Under the pieces are notes generated by a model that did no database searches, was not told where the DNA came from, and was given only the letters and a program-made list of their open reading frames with translations. Below are positions 62,197 through 64,000 of a stretch of 64,000 nucleotides of DNA, one piece after another. The DNA is from Pseudomonadota bacterium (lineage in GTDB: Bacteria > Bdellovibrionota_B > Oligoflexia > Oligoflexales > RGVZ01). Positions within the stretch are counted from its first letter, which is position 1; each line of letters opens with the position of its first letter. The DNA is taken from NCBI GenBank assembly GCA_041178085.1, contig JBEGVZ010000119.1, positions 44,723-108,722 on the forward strand, read 5' to 3'. The translations under genes and the position numbers were made by a program.

Positions 62197-64000
62197 ATGA
62201 CGCGGCGCGTCATTCCGATTGGCATCGTGGTGCTTGCGATCTTCATCCTGCAACCCCAGAACTTGTTTAACCCGGACTGGGATACCAATGCGCTCCATGG
62301 CACGATGGTCCAGAACCTCCACGACCAGACAATCTGGGAACTATCGCTTGCCGAGGGCATGGAACCTCCCACTTGTCCCGGTGCAACATGCCCGCTCAAT
62401 GCAGGAACACGAGAGCAAAACACAAATCAGGCCGCGCCACAGATGGCATGGCGAGCGACTCCAAAAACCCTGTCAGCTCGGGCATCCACAGACTCATGGC
62501 GCGGCCATCATTATTCCAGGATTGAAACAACCCTGCCCGGGTTTGCCGCGGAAACGGGCACACCCGTCGCTTTCGACATCCTTGGGATCGCGGGCAAAAA
62601 GTGGCGACTCTTCGTGAACGGCATAGAAAAGGCGCACGGCAACGGTGGCCTCATGAAAGAGGCTATCGTTTTCACTTCTTCGGGGGGAAAGCCTGGAGAC
62701 CCCTTGATTCTTGGGTTTGAGGTTGAGGTTGGCCGGACATTCATCCCTGGCATTGTTTCCCTCAGCCAACCGTTTCTTTCTACTCCTGCCATTGCACCCG
62801 CCCTGAGAGCCGCCTACCGCGGAGTCGACAAAGAGCGGGTCCTGCCCGACACGTGGGCCAGGTCGATGCTGGCGATCCTGGTCGCATTGGCTTCCATGAT
62901 GACTCCATTTTTTATGGAACTTATTGTTTTCGCCGGCGGTGTCATGCTGTGGAACTACAACATCCTCACTGCCAACGACCTGACATTCTTCCCGTCAAAC
63001 ATGAAGATTGATTACGGAACGTTGCGGGCAACCGTGAACTGCGCCTTTTACGCCTGCCTGGCTGCGTTCTACCCGCATTTCTTCCGAAACCGCGCTCGAA
63101 TGGCGTTCGTCCCTTCACTGATGTTCGCTGCGCTCGCGGGTGCCTCGCTGGTGGCCGGGCGTTTTGGCATCATCCCTGAAGTTGTGCCGCTGGTGCTCAA
63201 GCATCACTATCTTTTCTTTGGACTGACCTGCCTGTTCGGTGCCGCGCTGGCATTCAATACGGCAAGGGCAACCGCACCTCTGGCCCATGCACGCTTTCGT
63301 TCGATCACTGCGAGGATCTTTTTTGTCGTCCTTGCGGCACAATCCGTGATGGCACTGGCCATGCAATTTGCTGCCTGGAACTGGCCGGCCTTTGCCTCGC
63401 TCAACACTTTGACCGTGATTTTCCGGGTGGCAAAGCTGAACGAGGGAAACATTCTTCTTTTCGGCATCGTCATGGGACTCGACTGGGCCCTCGTGGTGCG
63501 TGATCGCCAACGGGTCTTGCAACGCTTCGGGATGGTCATGGACCCACGCTTGATGCGCGAGATCATCCGTAGCCCCAATTTGCCCAGCGTGAAGGCGGAG
63601 CGCGTTGTCGCCCTGTTTGTTGACCTGCGTTCCTTCAGCAAGATGTGCGAGGAATTCACGCCAGTGGAGGTCAACCAGGCTCTGAACCAATACCTTGATG
63701 TCGTGACTCAGGCGGTCCAAGCCAACAACGGAATCATCGATAAGTTTGTCGGCGATGCTGCAATGGCACTCTGGGGTGTTCCGACAGCGTGCGCGAGCGA
63801 TCCGCGTGACAGCGTGCGAGCCGCCATCGCCATCCGCCGGGGAATGAAAGAACTCAATGCCAGAAGGATTGCCGACGGACAGCCCGCGCTCCAATTTGGC
63901 ATCGGATTGCACTGCGGACCTGCGATCTTTGGGCCAGTGGGCAACGCTCAACGCGTGGATTTCACCGCGATCGGACCGACCATCAACCTGGCCGCCCGCC
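62197..64000 (+). CDS. membrane receptor-type class III adenylate/guanylate cyclase, N-terminal ~600 aa (3' end outside the window; start uncertain, ATG 62197 or GTG 62167)
   Basis: My translation of frame 1 from the stop at 62041 to the window end found no stop codon, so the ORF track does not list it. It has an N-terminal TM helix, a periplasmic domain of about 190 aa and about 7 TM helices. The cyclase domain reads VALFVDLRSFS...IDKFVGDAAMALWG...GLHCGPAIFGPVG...DFTAIGPTINLAAR. Confidence 0.8.
   Translation, partial: MTRRVIPIGIVVLAIFILQPQNLFNPDWDTNALHGTMVQNLHDQTIWELSLAEGMEPPTCPGATCPLNAGTREQNTNQAAPQMAWRATPKTLSARASTDSWRGHHYSRIETTLPGFAAETGTPVAFDILGIAGKKWRLFVNGIEKAHGNGGLMKEAIVFTSSGGKPGDPLILGFEVEVGRTFIPGIVSLSQPFLSTPAIAPALRAAYRGVDKERVLPDTWARSMLAILVALASMMTPFFMELIVFAGGVMLWNYNILTANDLTFFPSNMKIDYGTLRATVNCAFYACLAAFYPHFFRNRARMAFVPSLMFAALAGASLVAGRFGIIPEVVPLVLKHHYLFFGLTCLFGAALAFNTARATAPLAHARFRSITARIFFVVLAAQSVMALAMQFAAWNWPAFASLNTLTVIFRVAKLNEGNILLFGIVMGLDWALVVRDRQRVLQRFGMVMDPRLMREIIRSPNLPSVKAERVVALFVDLRSFSKMCEEFTPVEVNQALNQYLDVVTQAVQANNGIIDKFVGDAAMALWGVPTACASDPRDSVRAAIAIRRGMKELNARRIADGQPALQFGIGLHCGPAIFGPVGNAQRVDFTAIGPTINLAAR

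Noticed and set aside
62037-62423. A 128-aa minus-strand ORF in the UXS-cyclase intergenic and start region.
   Set aside because: It overlaps the N-terminal TM and periplasmic coding part of the cyclase on the opposite strand. It has no motif or RBS.
63115-63951. A 278-aa minus-strand ORF and its nested ORFs at the window end.
   Set aside because: They are antisense to the unlisted plus-strand cyclase frame, which carries canonical class III cyclase motifs.

Overview
This is a chromosomal segment of a flagellated Gram-negative bacterium. Spot counts of 60-nt lines give about 57-60% GC. The many exported lipoproteins and proteases fit a Bdellovibrio-like or deltaproteobacterial lifestyle, but taxonomy cannot be settled without a database search.

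Recognisable core genes, in order: a phosphohexomutase 3' end, ssb, smc, hldD, tatB, lysA, a c-type cytochrome, pckG (GTP-dependent PEPCK), an FAD-linked 2-hydroxyacid oxidase, two penicillin-binding peptidases (PBP4-like and PBP5/7-like), trxB, apbC/mrp plus a DUF971 gene, murB, sucCD and a UDP-glucuronate decarboxylase. A membrane class III nucleotide cyclase runs off the 3' edge and is absent from the supplied ORF track.

A contiguous flagellar export and regulation cluster of about 13 kb spans 22.1-35.3 kb: fliL, fliM, fliN, a fliO-like gene, fliP, fliQ, fliR, flhB, flhA, flhF, flhG, fliA, cheY, a PilZ-like gene and a DUF2802-like gene. A near-consensus sigma-54 promoter lies upstream of fliL.

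The most unusual structure is an AT-richer island of about 6.8 kb (8262-15055). It is bracketed by 634-nt imperfect direct repeats that duplicate the smc 3' end and the 3' end of the convergent vWA-lipoprotein gene. The island contains two IS91/ISCR-like transposase 3' remnants and a second internal repeat pair. It encodes only exported proteins: an S1 protease, Cys-rich lipoproteins, an exported NuiA-like nuclease inhibitor with no partner nuclease, and small lipoproteins.

Other notable items:
- an hldD / Omp85-like / vWA-lipoprotein operon with a distant vWA paralog
- a 1.2-kaa lipoprotein with about 13 tandem 47-residue propeller-type repeats
- a FliO-like protein with large extra domains
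- a His/Lys-rich tandem repeat in FliL
- a metzincin lipoprotein convergent with an operon of three family-less lipoproteins

I recognised no rRNA, tRNA or CRISPR array.
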